Source of the DNA: Candidatus Velthaea sp.
GTDB taxonomy: Bacteria > Vulcanimicrobiota > Vulcanimicrobiia > Vulcanimicrobiales > Vulcanimicrobiaceae
Direction of reading: 5' to 3'
Length of the DNA: 64,000 nt
NCBI GenBank assembly: GCA_965214935.1
Contig: CBDCCS010000022.1
Location: forward strand, 1 to 64,000
Shown piece after piece: positions 51,794-61,733 of the stretch (position 1 is its first letter; each line of letters begins with the position of its first letter). The notes under the pieces were generated by a model. That model was not told where the DNA came from. It saw only the letters and a program-made list of their open reading frames with translations, and did no database searches. The translations under genes and the position numbers were made by a program.

Positions 51794-51870
51794 GCTACTT
51801 TGCCGCAGTCGCCGGACGGATCCACATCTCGACTACCTTCGCGCATGTAGCCGGGAAAGACTTCAGCACA

Positions 51871-51903
51871 CAAACGGCCCGCCGATTGCGGCGGGCCGTT
51901 TTG
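51871..51903 (-). terminator. Intrinsic terminator after clpC
   Basis: aaacggcccgccg-attg-cggcgggccgttt, a perfect 13-bp stem. Confidence 0.85.
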
Positions 51904-51924
51904 CGTAGACCGGGATTGTCGAAC

Positions 51925-54423
51925 TTACACTTGTTGGACTTCGGGTGGAGCGGCTGCCGGCGGCTCCATCATGGGAATCTTCGAGAAGATGAGTTTATCG
52001 GGATTGTCCGGGTTCACCTCAGCGAGAATCCGATCGCCCGAACCGAATCGCCCGCGCAGCATCTCTTCGGCAAGTTCGTCCTCGACTTCACGCTGGATCG
52101 CCCGACGCAACGGACGCGCACCGAACTGCGGATCCCAGCCTTTCTTGGCGAGCAGCGACTTCGCGTCTTCGGTAACTTCCAGATACATCTCTTGCGCTTT
52201 AACTTCGCGAATGACTTTGTTAAGTTCAAGCCCGACGATCTCTTCAATTTCGATCCGCGTGAGCTGATGGAAAACGACGATTTCATCGACGCGATTGATA
52301 AATTCCGGCCGGAACGTGTGCTTGACTTCCTCGAGCACTTTGTTCTTCATCTTCTCGTAATTTTTTTCGGTCGTATCACCGCTGTCTTTTTGCGGACGGA
52401 AACCGATGTCGATCGACGACGTCATGCCGGTTGCGCCAACGTTACTCGTCATGATGATAACGGCGTTTTTGAAATCGACGACGCGGCCTTGCGAGTCCGT
52501 CAAACGTCCGTCTTCGAGAACTTGCAGGAGCAAGTTGAAGACATCCGGATGCGCTTTCTCGATTTCATCGAGCAGTATGACGCAGTATGGACGGCGCCGG
52601 ACCGCTTCGGTTAATTGGCCGCCTTCTTCGTAGCCGACATACCCCGGAGGTGCGCCGACGAGCCGCGATACGGCATACTTCTCCATGTATTCCGACATAT
52701 CGATGCGAATCATCGACTCGGCGTCATCGAACAAGAATTCCGCAACGCTGCGCGCGACTTCGGTCTTCCCGACACCGGTCGGTCCGAGAAAGATAAACGA
52801 CCCGATCGGACGTTTTGGATTCTTGAGCCCGGCACGCGAACGCCGGATCGCACGGGTAACGACTTCGATCGCCTGATTTTGCCCGACTACTCGCTTATGG
52901 AGTTGATCCATCATGCCGAGCAGCTTTGCCGTCTCGGCTTGTGCTAATTTAGCAACCGGAATCTTCGTCCAAGCGCTGACGATATACGCGACGTCTTCTT
53001 CGGTGACTTTGATCGTCTTGTCGGCGTGAGCTTTTTTATCGGCCCACTCCGCTTCGAGCCGCTGCTTTTCGAGCCGCAGCTTTTCTTCGCGGTCGCGAAT
53101 CGAAGCGGCTTTCTCGAACTCTTGCGATTTGACGACCGACTCTTTTTCCGTTTTGACCTTGCGAATCTCGTTTTCGATGTCGCGTATTTCTTGCGGCGGC
53201 AGCGTTGCTTGTAAGCGAACGCGCGAAGCCGCTTCGTCGATGAGATCGACGGCCTTGTCGGGCAAGAAGCGGTCGCTGATATACCGGTCGCCGAGTTTCG
53301 CCGCGGCAACAAGCGCCTCATCGGTGATCGTTACTTTGTGGTGCGCCTCGTACCGGTCGCGTAGACCCTTGAGAATCTCGACGGTCTCTTCGACTGACGG
53401 TTCGCCGACCATGACGGGCTGGAACCGGCGTTCGAGCGCCGAGTCTTTTTCGATATGTTTGCGAAATTCGTTGAGGGTCGTCGCGCCGATGCATTGCAGT
53501 TCGCCGCGCGCGAGCGCGGGCTTGATGATGTTCGAGGCATCGATGGCACCTTCGGCGGCACCCGCACCGACGAGCGTATGGAGCTCGTCGATGAACAGGA
53601 TAATCTCGCCGGCTGCACCGCGGATTTCATCCATGACGCGCTTCATGCGCTCCTCGAACTCACCGCGATATTTGGTTCCGGCGACAAGCCCTGCGAGATC
53701 GAGCGTTATCACGCGCCGGTCGCGCAACGGCTCCGGTACTTCGCCCTTGATGACGCGCTGCGCCAAACCTTCGGCGATCGCCGTTTTGCCGACGCCCGGC
53801 TCGCCGATGAGGGCCGGATTATTTTTCGTACGTCGCGATAAGATTTGAATGACGCGTTCGATCTCGCTTGCCCGGCCGATCACCGGATCGAGCTTGTTCT
53901 CGCGCGCTAGCGTCGTCAAGTCGCGCCCGTACGCATCGAGCGTCGGGGTCTTCGATTTGCCTTTGGGCGGCGGCGGTTGGCCCTCGGCGCCCAGCAACGA
54001 GGTTGTCTGCACGCGCACTTTGGCCGGGTCGACCCCGAGGTTGGTCAGCACCCGAGCGGCAACGCCCTCGCCTTCGCGGATGAGGCCGAGCAGCAAGTGT
54101 TCTGTGCCGATGTAATTATGATTGAGCTGACGCGCTTCTTCGAAAGCAAGCTCGATGACGCGTTTGGCACGCGGCGTGAAGACCATCTCTTGCTGCACGG
54201 TTTGGCCGCCGCGACCAACGATCGCCTCGACTTCCTGCCGAACTTTGGCAAGGTTGACCCCGAGCGTCTCGAGTACTTTCGCCGCTAAACTCTCGCCCTC
54301 GGAAATGATGCCGAGCAAAATATGCTCGGTGCCGATATAATTATTGCCGAGGCGCTGCGCTTCTTCTTGCGCGAGCACGATGGAGCGGCGAGCTCGTTCG
54401 GTAAATGGTTCCCACATTGACAT
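51925..54423 (-). CDS. clpC: ATP-dependent Clp protease ATP-binding subunit ClpC
   Basis: ClpN repeats, [11 protein letters not shown] coiled coil, [15 protein letters not shown]. Confidence 0.97.
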   Translation of the reverse strand: MSMWEPFTERARRSIVLAQEEAQRLGNNYIGTEHILLGIISEGESLAAKVLETLGVNLAKVRQEVEAIVGRGGQTVQQEMVFTPRAKRVIELAFEEARQLNHNYIGTEHLLLGLIREGEGVAARVLTNLGVDPAKVRVQTTSLLGAEGQPPPPKGKSKTPTLDAYGRDLTTLARENKLDPVIGRASEIERVIQILSRRTKNNPALIGEPGVGKTAIAEGLAQRVIKGEVPEPLRDRRVITLDLAGLVAGTKYRGEFEERMKRVMDEIRGAAGEIILFIDELHTLVGAGAAEGAIDASNIIKPALARGELQCIGATTLNEFRKHIEKDSALERRFQPVMVGEPSVEETVEILKGLRDRYEAHHKVTITDEALVAAAKLGDRYISDRFLPDKAVDLIDEAASRVRLQATLPPQEIRDIENEIRKVKTEKESVVKSQEFEKAASIRDREEKLRLEKQRLEAEWADKKAHADKTIKVTEEDVAYIVSAWTKIPVAKLAQAETAKLLGMMDQLHKRVVGQNQAIEVVTRAIRRSRAGLKNPKRPIGSFIFLGPTGVGKTEVARSVAEFLFDDAESMIRIDMSEYMEKYAVSRLVGAPPGYVGYEEGGQLTEAVRRRPYCVILLDEIEKAHPDVFNLLLQVLEDGRLTDSQGRVVDFKNAVIIMTSNVGATGMTSSIDIGFRPQKDSGDTTEKNYEKMKNKVLEEVKHTFRPEFINRVDEIVVFHQLTRIEIEEIVGLELNKVIREVKAQEMYLEVTEDAKSLLAKKGWDPQFGARPLRRAIQREVEDELAEEMLRGRFGSGDRILAEVNPDNPDKLIFSKIPMMEPPAAAPPEVQQV

Positions 54424-54684
54424 GACGGTAATTTGACTCCCCGAGCGACGTGTCGCTCCTGCCGCCGAAGTCCGGTGTGCGGATTCGGTTTTCCATATAA
54501 CCATCGGCGAATTCGCCTAGTTTCATTCGGACTTGCGCCAATTCGTCGGGCCTCCTGCGGCCCGCCGGGCCAACGTCACGGACGTCACCGGCGAGCAGTG
54601 GGGGCTCGCTTCCTTACGCGGTCGCGTTCCGTATCATCGAGGCCTGCCGCAGGCACGTTTGCGCCGAGGCGTAAGGAGCAGAGT

Positions 54685-54996
54685 ATGGTAACCGAAGAAC
54701 GCGTACGCGAAGCACTTACCGAAGTGCAAGATCCCGAATTGCATATGGGCATTGTCGAATTAGGTTTGGTCTATGACGTGAATGTCGAGGGACCGCAAGG
54801 CGAAGACGTCAACGTCGTAATGACGCTGACGTCGCCGATGTGTCCGGTCGGTCCGATGTTCAAGCAATCGGTGCAATCGAAAGTCGAATCGATCGACGGA
54901 GTGAAGAACGTCAAGGTCGACATTACGTTCACACCTCCGTGGGATCCGAAAACAATGGCTTCCGACGACGTTAAAGTCGCGCTGGGAATCTGGTAA
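54685..54996 (+). CDS. DUF59/SufT-like Fe-S assembly protein
   Basis: DPEL..IVELGLVY, TLTSPMCP, PPW; AAGGAG RBS. Confidence 0.93.
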   Translation: MVTEERVREALTEVQDPELHMGIVELGLVYDVNVEGPQGEDVNVVMTLTSPMCPVGPMFKQSVQSKVESIDGVKNVKVDITFTPPWDPKTMASDDVKVALGIW

Positions 54997-55021
54997 GACG
55001 CTCCTTGGTTCGGGCCGGACG

Positions 55022-55897
55022 ATGCGGCGGCGTTTCCGCAGCGTCGTCGTCGCTGCGATTTGCTGCCTTGCGGCAATTCGCGCGGTTGCAATTCCGGCAG
55101 CTGTCGTAAGCGACTCCCCGGCGCCCGACGCCGTGCAGATCTACGATCGCGCGCGCGCGGCCGTAGCAGCGCGCCGCCTGCCGCCATTTATCGCGTACAC
55201 GCAATACGCGGCGTTCATGCGGCACGGCAAAGTGCAAGCCGAATCGGCGCGCGTCGTGATTCGAACCGCCGACGGCAAAGCGAATATCACGCGCCTCCCC
55301 GAGTCGCCCGCCGATCGCGTGGACACGACGCCGGCCGTCGCCCGGCCGCTCGTCTATCCGACGACATCGTTCGGTCTTGTCAAAAAGCGAGCCGGCGAAG
55401 ACGTCTCGACCTTCGAGGCGCCGCCGCTGCCGGCGGCGCCCGACGCCGGCGGTCCGGCCGTAATCGGCCGCGTAAATGCGACGGCGCGTGATTACGATCC
55501 ACGTTTGACCGGCGTTGAAATGTTAGCGGGAACTTCCGTGTATCACCTCGTCCTCGTTCCGCGTTTCGATCCGCGCCGGCATCCGATTCGCGCCATGTAC
55601 GTCGACACGCTCGACTTCAATCCGCGCCGCATCACGATCGAAGTTTGGGCTCAGGCGGGACCCGTGCGCTCGCGACCGAGCGTTGACGTCGACTTTGCGC
55701 CGGTCAACGGCACGTGGCTCATCACGCATGCATCGATGAACTTCGTTTTGCGCTTGATGTTCTTCGCCTACGGCGGCAGTGCCGAATTCCGAACCAGCGA
55801 CGTCAGCTTTCCGGCCGCTGAACCCGACTGGCTGTTCGATTCCGCGCTGTTGCGCGGGCATCGGCCGGACGGCGCGACACCGGCGCCGACGCACTGA
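55022..55897 (+). CDS. Secreted hypothetical protein (possibly LolA-like fold)
   Basis: Signal peptide followed by a beta-rich body. Confidence 0.7.
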   Translation: MRRRFRSVVVAAICCLAAIRAVAIPAAVVSDSPAPDAVQIYDRARAAVAARRLPPFIAYTQYAAFMRHGKVQAESARVVIRTADGKANITRLPESPADRVDTTPAVARPLVYPTTSFGLVKKRAGEDVSTFEAPPLPAAPDAGGPAVIGRVNATARDYDPRLTGVEMLAGTSVYHLVLVPRFDPRRHPIRAMYVDTLDFNPRRITIEVWAQAGPVRSRPSVDVDFAPVNGTWLITHASMNFVLRLMFFAYGGSAEFRTSDVSFPAAEPDWLFDSALLRGHRPDGATPAPTH

Positions 55898-57450
55898 TGC
55901 CTGCGCACGAACGTGCGAATGCACGGCTGAAAGCCATGCGCACCGAGGCCGCCGCCCCCGCCGGTCAAGCAGCGATCGATAAACAGCATGCGCGCGGAAA
56001 ACGTACTGCGCGCGAACGGATCGAAACGCTCGTCGATGACGGCTCGTTCATCGAACTCGACCGCTTCGCCGTCCATCGCACGACGGCGTTCGGTTTGGAC
56101 GAACGCCATTTTTTAGGCGACGGCGTGTATACCGGGCATGCGACGATCGACGGCCGCCAAGTCTTTTTGTTTTCGCAAGACTTCAGCGTGCTCGGCGGCA
56201 GTTTGGGTGAAGTCTTCGCCGAGAAAATCTGCAAGGTTATGGACCTAGCGGTGCGGACGGGCGTACCGATGATCGGCATCAACGATTCGGGCGGCGCGCG
56301 CATTCAAGAAGGCGTCGTTAGTCTGGGTGGCTACGCCGAGATCTTTTGGCGCAACGTGCAAGCTTCGGGTGTCGTTCCGCAAATTAGTCTCATCGCCGGA
56401 CCGTGCGCCGGCGGTGCGGTCTATTCACCCGCGATCACCGATTTCACGATCATGGTCGAAGGCATCTCGCAGATGTTCATCACCGGCCCCGAGATCATCA
56501 AAACCGTTACCGGCGAAGAGGTGACGTTTGAAGAACTCGGCGGCGCGACGACGCATGCAACGAAATCCGGCGTCGCTTCGCTCGTTGCGGCCGACGAAGA
56601 CGAAATGAACGATCAGACCCGGCGTCTGCTATCGTTCATTCCGCAGAACAATCTCGATGATGTGCCGCTAGTGCCGAGCGATGACGATCCGCTGCGCTCC
56701 GCACCCGAACTCGACGAAGTCATTCCCGACGCCGCGAACAAACCGTACGACATTCTCGATGCCGTCACTCCGGTGCTCGACGACGGCGACTTCTTCGAGA
56801 TCGGTGCGGCCTTTGCACCGAACATCGTCGTCGGTTTCGGCCGGATCGGCGGCCGCTCCGTCGGCATCGTCGCAAATCAGCCGAACGTTCTTGCCGGCGT
56901 TCTCGACATCAATGCGTCGGTGAAAGCGGCCCGCTTCGTGCGATTTTGCGATGCCTTCAACATTCCGCTCGTGACGTTCGTCGACGTGCCGGGCTTTTTG
57001 CCCGGTACGGCGCAAGAATTCGGCGGCATCATCAAGCACGGAGCCAAGCTGCTCTACGCGTTCGCCGAGGCGACGGTTCCGAAGATCACCATTATTACGC
57101 GCAAGGCCTACGGCGGCGCCTACGACGTCATGGCCTCAAAACACATCCGCGCCGACATCAACCTCGCCTGGCCGACGGCCGAGATCGCCGTCATGGGACC
57201 GGCGGGCGCGGTCAAAACGATATTCCGGCGCGAGATCTCCGCTGCGGCCGATCCCGGCGCGCGCGACGCGGAACTCGTCGCCGAGTACACCGAGCGCTTT
57301 GCCACGCCGTTCATCGCCGCACAACGTGGTTATATCGACGATGTCATCGAAGCATCGGCGACCCGGCGATCCGTCGCCCGTGCGCTCGCGATGCTCGCGT
57401 CCAAACGTGTCGAGCGGCCGCAGCGCAAACACGGCAATATCCCGTTATGA
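55897..57450 (+). CDS. pccB: Acyl-CoA carboxylase carboxyltransferase beta subunit
   Basis: [40 protein letters not shown]. Confidence 0.95.
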   Translation: MPAHERANARLKAMRTEAAAPAGQAAIDKQHARGKRTARERIETLVDDGSFIELDRFAVHRTTAFGLDERHFLGDGVYTGHATIDGRQVFLFSQDFSVLGGSLGEVFAEKICKVMDLAVRTGVPMIGINDSGGARIQEGVVSLGGYAEIFWRNVQASGVVPQISLIAGPCAGGAVYSPAITDFTIMVEGISQMFITGPEIIKTVTGEEVTFEELGGATTHATKSGVASLVAADEDEMNDQTRRLLSFIPQNNLDDVPLVPSDDDPLRSAPELDEVIPDAANKPYDILDAVTPVLDDGDFFEIGAAFAPNIVVGFGRIGGRSVGIVANQPNVLAGVLDINASVKAARFVRFCDAFNIPLVTFVDVPGFLPGTAQEFGGIIKHGAKLLYAFAEATVPKITIITRKAYGGAYDVMASKHIRADINLAWPTAEIAVMGPAGAVKTIFRREISAAADPGARDAELVAEYTERFATPFIAAQRGYIDDVIEASATRRSVARALAMLASKRVERPQRKHGNIPL

Positions 57451-57577
57451 GTGCCGAAGCGGCGCGTCAAGAGCCGGAGGTTAACGCCATACGCTTCACC
57501 CGACACCAGGCAGTTGACCTGGGCAACCGAAAAGCCGACGGGTATCTTCCCGAGCAGTCACTTTTGAAAGGAATTGT

Positions 57578-57682
57578 ATGAACGTTGCCTTGCGCGAAGT
57601 CTGGGAAACCCCGCAAATCGAGGAAATCGGACTCGGATTTGAGATCACCGCGTACGTGAACGATAGCGAGTTCAGCCGCTAA
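57578..57682 (+). CDS. pqqA: PQQ precursor peptide (34 aa: MNVALREVWETPQIEEIGLGFEITAYVNDSEFSR)
   Basis: W..P....GFEITAY motif (ExxxY), AAAGGA RBS, upstream of pqqC; absent from the ORF track. Confidence 0.93.
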   Translation: MNVALREVWETPQIEEIGLGFEITAYVNDSEFSR

Positions 57683-57735
57683 TTTTCGGATAACTACTGC
57701 GCGGTTACGCCCGGCGTAGCTGCGCCTTAGCCGAT

Positions 57736-58440
57736 ATGACCACAGTGCACACCACGTCCGCGACCGATCTCATCGGCCGCCTGCAGGCCGTCGGCGCCGA
57801 GCGCTATCACGATAAGCATCCCTTTCATCGACGTCTGGTCGCCGGTTCGCTTACGCCCGACCAAGTTCGCGCCTGGGTTGCGAACCGCTACTACTATCAA
57901 AAAGCCATCCCCGTCAAAGATGCCTTTATTTTGGCCAATCTTCCGTCGCGTGAGTACCGGCGCGCTTGGATCAAACGCATTACGGATCACGATGGAACGC
58001 AGGGCGACGAAGGCGGGACCCATTCATGGTTAGCGCTTTGTCATGCCGTCGGCCTTGCCGACGACGATGTGCTCTCCGAACGCGGCGTTGCTGCGGGGAC
58101 GCGTTTCGCCGTCGATGCGTACATCGATTTCGCCCGCAGCAAGCCATGGCTCGAAGCCGTCGCCTCATCGTTGACCGAGCTGTTCGGACCGCCGGTCATG
58201 GCCGCACGGGTCGCCGCGATCGTCGAGCAGTATCCGTGGATCGACCGCTCGGGCTTACGCTATTTCGAGAACCGTATTCCGCTGGCGCGGGAAGACGCCG
58301 CACAGGCGCTAAGCTGGGTTCACGAACATGCGCTCGATGCGGTCTCGCAAGACCGTGTCGTTGCGGCGTTGCGCTTCAAATGCGACGTGCTTTGGACGAT
58401 CTTCGATGCGACCGCATTGAGCTGCGGAGTTTTCGCCTGA
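57736..58440 (+). CDS. pqqC: PQQ synthase
   Basis: YHDKHPFH, NRYYYQ..IP.KD, RI.DHDG, SSLTELF, FKCDVLW. Confidence 0.96.
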   Translation: MTTVHTTSATDLIGRLQAVGAERYHDKHPFHRRLVAGSLTPDQVRAWVANRYYYQKAIPVKDAFILANLPSREYRRAWIKRITDHDGTQGDEGGTHSWLALCHAVGLADDDVLSERGVAAGTRFAVDAYIDFARSKPWLEAVASSLTELFGPPVMAARVAAIVEQYPWIDRSGLRYFENRIPLAREDAAQALSWVHEHALDAVSQDRVVAALRFKCDVLWTIFDATALSCGVFA

Positions 58441-58706
58441 ACGCGCAAGCGCGGCCGGCGTTCGAGCGCGGCATTCGCCTGCGCACCGAGGACGACGGCA
58501 GCGCGCTGCTGCTAATCCCCGAAGGCGCAATCAAACTCAACGCTACCGCCGCTGCAGCGCTGTCGCTCGTCGACGGCCGGCGAACGCTCGACGAGATCGT
58601 CGCCGCATTGTGCGCGCGTTTCAATGTTGCCGACGAGCGCGCAAGAGGCGATGTCCTGGCGCTCTTCGAGCGACTGCGCTTACGCCGCATGCTGGTCATC
58701 GCATGA
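58437..58706 (+). CDS. pqqD: PqqD peptide chaperone (CTG start overlapping the pqqC stop)
   Basis: LLIPEGAIKLNATAAAALSLVDGRRT..EIV..L. Confidence 0.92.
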   Translation: MNAQARPAFERGIRLRTEDDGSALLLIPEGAIKLNATAAAALSLVDGRRTLDEIVAALCARFNVADERARGDVLALFERLRLRRMLVIA

Positions 58707-59794
58707 TCGCGGTGCGTCCGATGTCGCTGCTATGCGAACTTACGTACCGCTGCAATTTGCAGTGCCCGTACTGCTATAACCCGCTCGACCTCGACGCTTA
58801 CCGCGATGAGATCGATACTGCAACGTGGCAGCGGGTCATCGGCCAGGCCGCCGACTTGGGCATCGTGCAGCTCGGCTTTTCGGGCGGCGAACCGACTCTG
58901 CGGCGCGATCTGCCGGCGCTAGTGCAAACTGCGGCGCAACGCGGGCTCTACACCAACCTGATCACGCAAGGCACGTTTCTCGACGCTGCGCGAATCGATG
59001 AACTTGCCGGCGCCGGACTCGATCACATCCAAATCAGCTTGCAGGCGCCCGAACGCGAACTTGCCGATGCCATTGCCGGGACCGTCGTTCACGAGCGTAA
59101 GCTCGCCGCGATCGAGCGCGTGCAAAACAGCGGCATGGCGCTGACGCTCAATTGCGTTCTGCACCGCAACAACCACGCGACAATCGCCCAAGTCATCGAT
59201 CTGGCAGCCGCGCTCGGCGTTCGCAAACTCGAGCTTGCCAACGTGCAATTCTACGGGTGGGCCTACCGCAATCGCGCCGGGCTTATGCCGACGCGCGAAC
59301 AGGTGGAGCACGGCCTTGCCGTCGCTACTGACGCAAAGCGCCGCCTTGCCGGGCAGCTTGAAATCGTCTACGTGCTGCCGGACTATTTTGACGATCGGCC
59401 TAAAGCATGCATGCACGGTTGGGGTCGAGCGTTCATGACCGTTGCGCCGAACGGGCGTGCGATGCCGTGTCCGGGAGCCGCCGCGATCTCCAGCTTGACG
59501 TTCGATAACGTTCGCGATCGCGACTTAGCGTCGATCTGGGACGATTCCGCGGCGTTTACGACGTTCCGCGGCACGCAATGGATGCCCGATCCGTGCCGCT
59601 CGTGCGACCGCCGCGAAATCGATTGGGGCGGTTGCCGATGTCAGGCCTTTGCGCTCACGGGCAACGCAGCCGCCGTCGATCCGGCCTGCGCGCTGAGCCC
59701 CGACCATTCGGTCATCGTTGCATTGCGTGAGACCGGCGATCGTCATCCGACGCTCGTTCCGCGGCGCATGCATGAGCCCGCCGCCGTTTTGTGA
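58703..59794 (+). CDS. pqqE: Radical SAM/SPASM PqqA cyclase
   Basis: ELTYRCNLQCPYCYNP, PKACMHGWG, WMPDPCRSC..GGCRCQA. Confidence 0.97.
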   Translation: MIAVRPMSLLCELTYRCNLQCPYCYNPLDLDAYRDEIDTATWQRVIGQAADLGIVQLGFSGGEPTLRRDLPALVQTAAQRGLYTNLITQGTFLDAARIDELAGAGLDHIQISLQAPERELADAIAGTVVHERKLAAIERVQNSGMALTLNCVLHRNNHATIAQVIDLAAALGVRKLELANVQFYGWAYRNRAGLMPTREQVEHGLAVATDAKRRLAGQLEIVYVLPDYFDDRPKACMHGWGRAFMTVAPNGRAMPCPGAAAISSLTFDNVRDRDLASIWDDSAAFTTFRGTQWMPDPCRSCDRREIDWGGCRCQAFALTGNAAAVDPACALSPDHSVIVALRETGDRHPTLVPRRMHEPAAVL

Positions 59795-60681
59795 TCGTCC
59801 GCGTTCTCGGCTCGGCAGCCGGCGGCGGCGTGCCGCAATGGAATTGCGGCTGTCCGAATTGTTCGGCTGCGCGGCGCGGTGAACAACCGCGGCGCACGCA
59901 GTCGTCGCTCGCCGTATCCGCGGACGGACGCCGCTGGGTGTTACTCAATGTTTCGCCGGATATCGCAGCGCAGATCGAGGCGTTTGCGCCGCTGCAGCCG
60001 GCCGGTATCCGGGGTACGCCGATCGCGGCGATCGTCCTTACCGATGCAAATGTCGATCATATCGGCGGGCTGACGGCGCTCCGGCAAGCCGGCAATCACG
60101 CCTTCACGATCCGCTCGAGCAGCGTCGTGCGAACGATTGCGACGGCGCAACCGGCCTTCGCCGCCTTCGCCCGATCTCCGCATCGATGGTTGACCGCGGA
60201 CGAAGGCGCGCTGCCGGCCATACCGGGCGACCCGGTCGGCAACGAACTTTCGGTGCGTGCCATTCCGGTGCCGGGACTGACGCCGGGTTTTGCCGGCCGG
60301 CAAGCCATTCGCGGCGCGGTTACGGCCTACGCCATTGATTCCGGCGGCGGAACGTTGTTGTTTGCTCCGGTGTTTTCCGGCGTCGATTCTCGGCTCGCTA
60401 CCGAGATTGCAGCCGCCGACGTCAGTTTCATCGACGGCTCGTTTTTTACCGACACCGAGATGCTCGATGCCGGCGTCGGCGATAAGCGTGCGCGCGCGCT
60501 CGGCCACGCGCCGCTCGACGGAGGCGGAACGCTTGCTGCGGTCGGTACGCGCCACCGCCGCTGTCTGCTCACGCACATCAACAACACGAATCCGGTGCTC
60601 GATCCGGGCTCGCAATCCGCTCGAATAGTCGCCGCGCTTGGAATCGAAGTCGCCGCGGACGGACTGCTCTTCGAGATCTAG
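59791..60681 (+). CDS. pqqB: PqqB (metallo-beta-lactamase fold)
   Basis: VLGSAAGGGVPQWNCGCPNC, RTQSS, HINNTNP. Confidence 0.96.
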   Translation: MIVRVLGSAAGGGVPQWNCGCPNCSAARRGEQPRRTQSSLAVSADGRRWVLLNVSPDIAAQIEAFAPLQPAGIRGTPIAAIVLTDANVDHIGGLTALRQAGNHAFTIRSSSVVRTIATAQPAFAAFARSPHRWLTADEGALPAIPGDPVGNELSVRAIPVPGLTPGFAGRQAIRGAVTAYAIDSGGGTLLFAPVFSGVDSRLATEIAAADVSFIDGSFFTDTEMLDAGVGDKRARALGHAPLDGGGTLAAVGTRHRRCLLTHINNTNPVLDPGSQSARIVAALGIEVAADGLLFEI

Positions 60682-60756
60682 CTTGCCGATGCGGGCCAAT
60701 TGCAGCGAAACGCAACGCGGGCGGATATTAAACGGCAATCCGAAAATGCAAGCGAG

Positions 60757-61539
60757 GTGAAACTGCTCGAAGGCAAAACGATTTTAGTCACCGGCGTGAC
60801 GAATCGCTGGTCGATCGCAACGGGGATTGCGACGGCATTGTACGCACACGGCGCAACGATCGTACTCACGTATCAAGGCGAGCGCGTTAAAAATTACGTC
60901 GCGAGATTTGCCGGCGAGATCGGTGATGCGGCGATTTTCGAGTGCGACGTGACGGTTGATGAAACGCTGCGCGCACTGGCGGCAGCGGTCGGCAAACTCG
61001 ACGGCTTCGTCCATTCAATTGCGTTCGTGCAAAAAGAAGATTTGAGCGGCAAGGTGTTCGAGACGTCGCGCAGCGGCTTTGCGCTCGCCCTCGACATCTC
61101 GTCATTTTCACTTATCGCGCTCGTCGCCGCGCTGCGTGAGAATCTCAACGATCGGGCGAGCATCATGGCGCTGACTTATTACGGTGCCACATCGATCGTG
61201 CCCAACTACAACATTGCCGGTATTGCGAAAGCCGCACTCGAGTCGATCGTTCGATACCTGGCGTTCGACTTGGGCGAACGCGGCATTCGCGTCAACGCCA
61301 TTTCCGCCGGACCGATCTCCACGGCCAGCTCGCGCCAAGTTGCGGGGTTTGCCACGATGCTCGCTAAGGTCGGTGCGGCGGCGCCCCTGCGGCGCAACGT
61401 GACGGCACTCGACGTCGGCAATTGTGCGGTGTATCTCGCTTCGGACCTGTCGGCGTCCGTTACCGCCGACATTCACTTTGTCGACGCCGGCTATCATGTC
61501 ATGGGGATGTACCCGACCCCGGCTGAGACGACGAACTGA
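60757..61539 (+). CDS. fabI: Enoyl-ACP reductase
   Basis: SIATGIA, HSIAF, YNIAGIAKAALES, NAISAGPI. Confidence 0.95.
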   Translation: MKLLEGKTILVTGVTNRWSIATGIATALYAHGATIVLTYQGERVKNYVARFAGEIGDAAIFECDVTVDETLRALAAAVGKLDGFVHSIAFVQKEDLSGKVFETSRSGFALALDISSFSLIALVAALRENLNDRASIMALTYYGATSIVPNYNIAGIAKAALESIVRYLAFDLGERGIRVNAISAGPISTASSRQVAGFATMLAKVGAAAPLRRNVTALDVGNCAVYLASDLSASVTADIHFVDAGYHVMGMYPTPAETTN

Positions 61540-61733
61540 ACGCCGACGCCGTAGCCGCCGTGTTTGCCGCACTTACACGCCTCGAACGGCGAGCCGGCAC
61601 TCCGGCGGCCGCCGCGGACGACATGTCCCAATGGTTGCTGGCCGCACGCTTGCGAGCCGCCGATGGAAGCCACACGCGGCACCTCGGCCGGCGGCAGTCG
61701 GGCTGGGTCTCAAGCGGCCGTCTTGCTCGCTGA
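61536..61733 (+). CDS. Putative acyl-CoA carboxylase epsilon-like small subunit (CTG start)
   Basis: 65 aa: (M)NADAVAAVFAALTRLERRAGTPAAAADDMSQWLLAARL...SGWVSSGRLAR; fills the gap between fabI and the carboxylase exactly. Confidence 0.65.
   Translation: MNADAVAAVFAALTRLERRAGTPAAAADDMSQWLLAARLRAADGSHTRHLGRRQSGWVSSGRLAR

Noticed and set aside
57966..58436. Long N-terminal extension of PqqD
   Set aside because: Off-frame overlap with pqqC; PqqD similarity begins only at ~58437.
61564..61722. N-terminal extension of the biotin carboxylase
   Set aside because: Not homolog-like; better explained by the overlapping small AccE-like gene.
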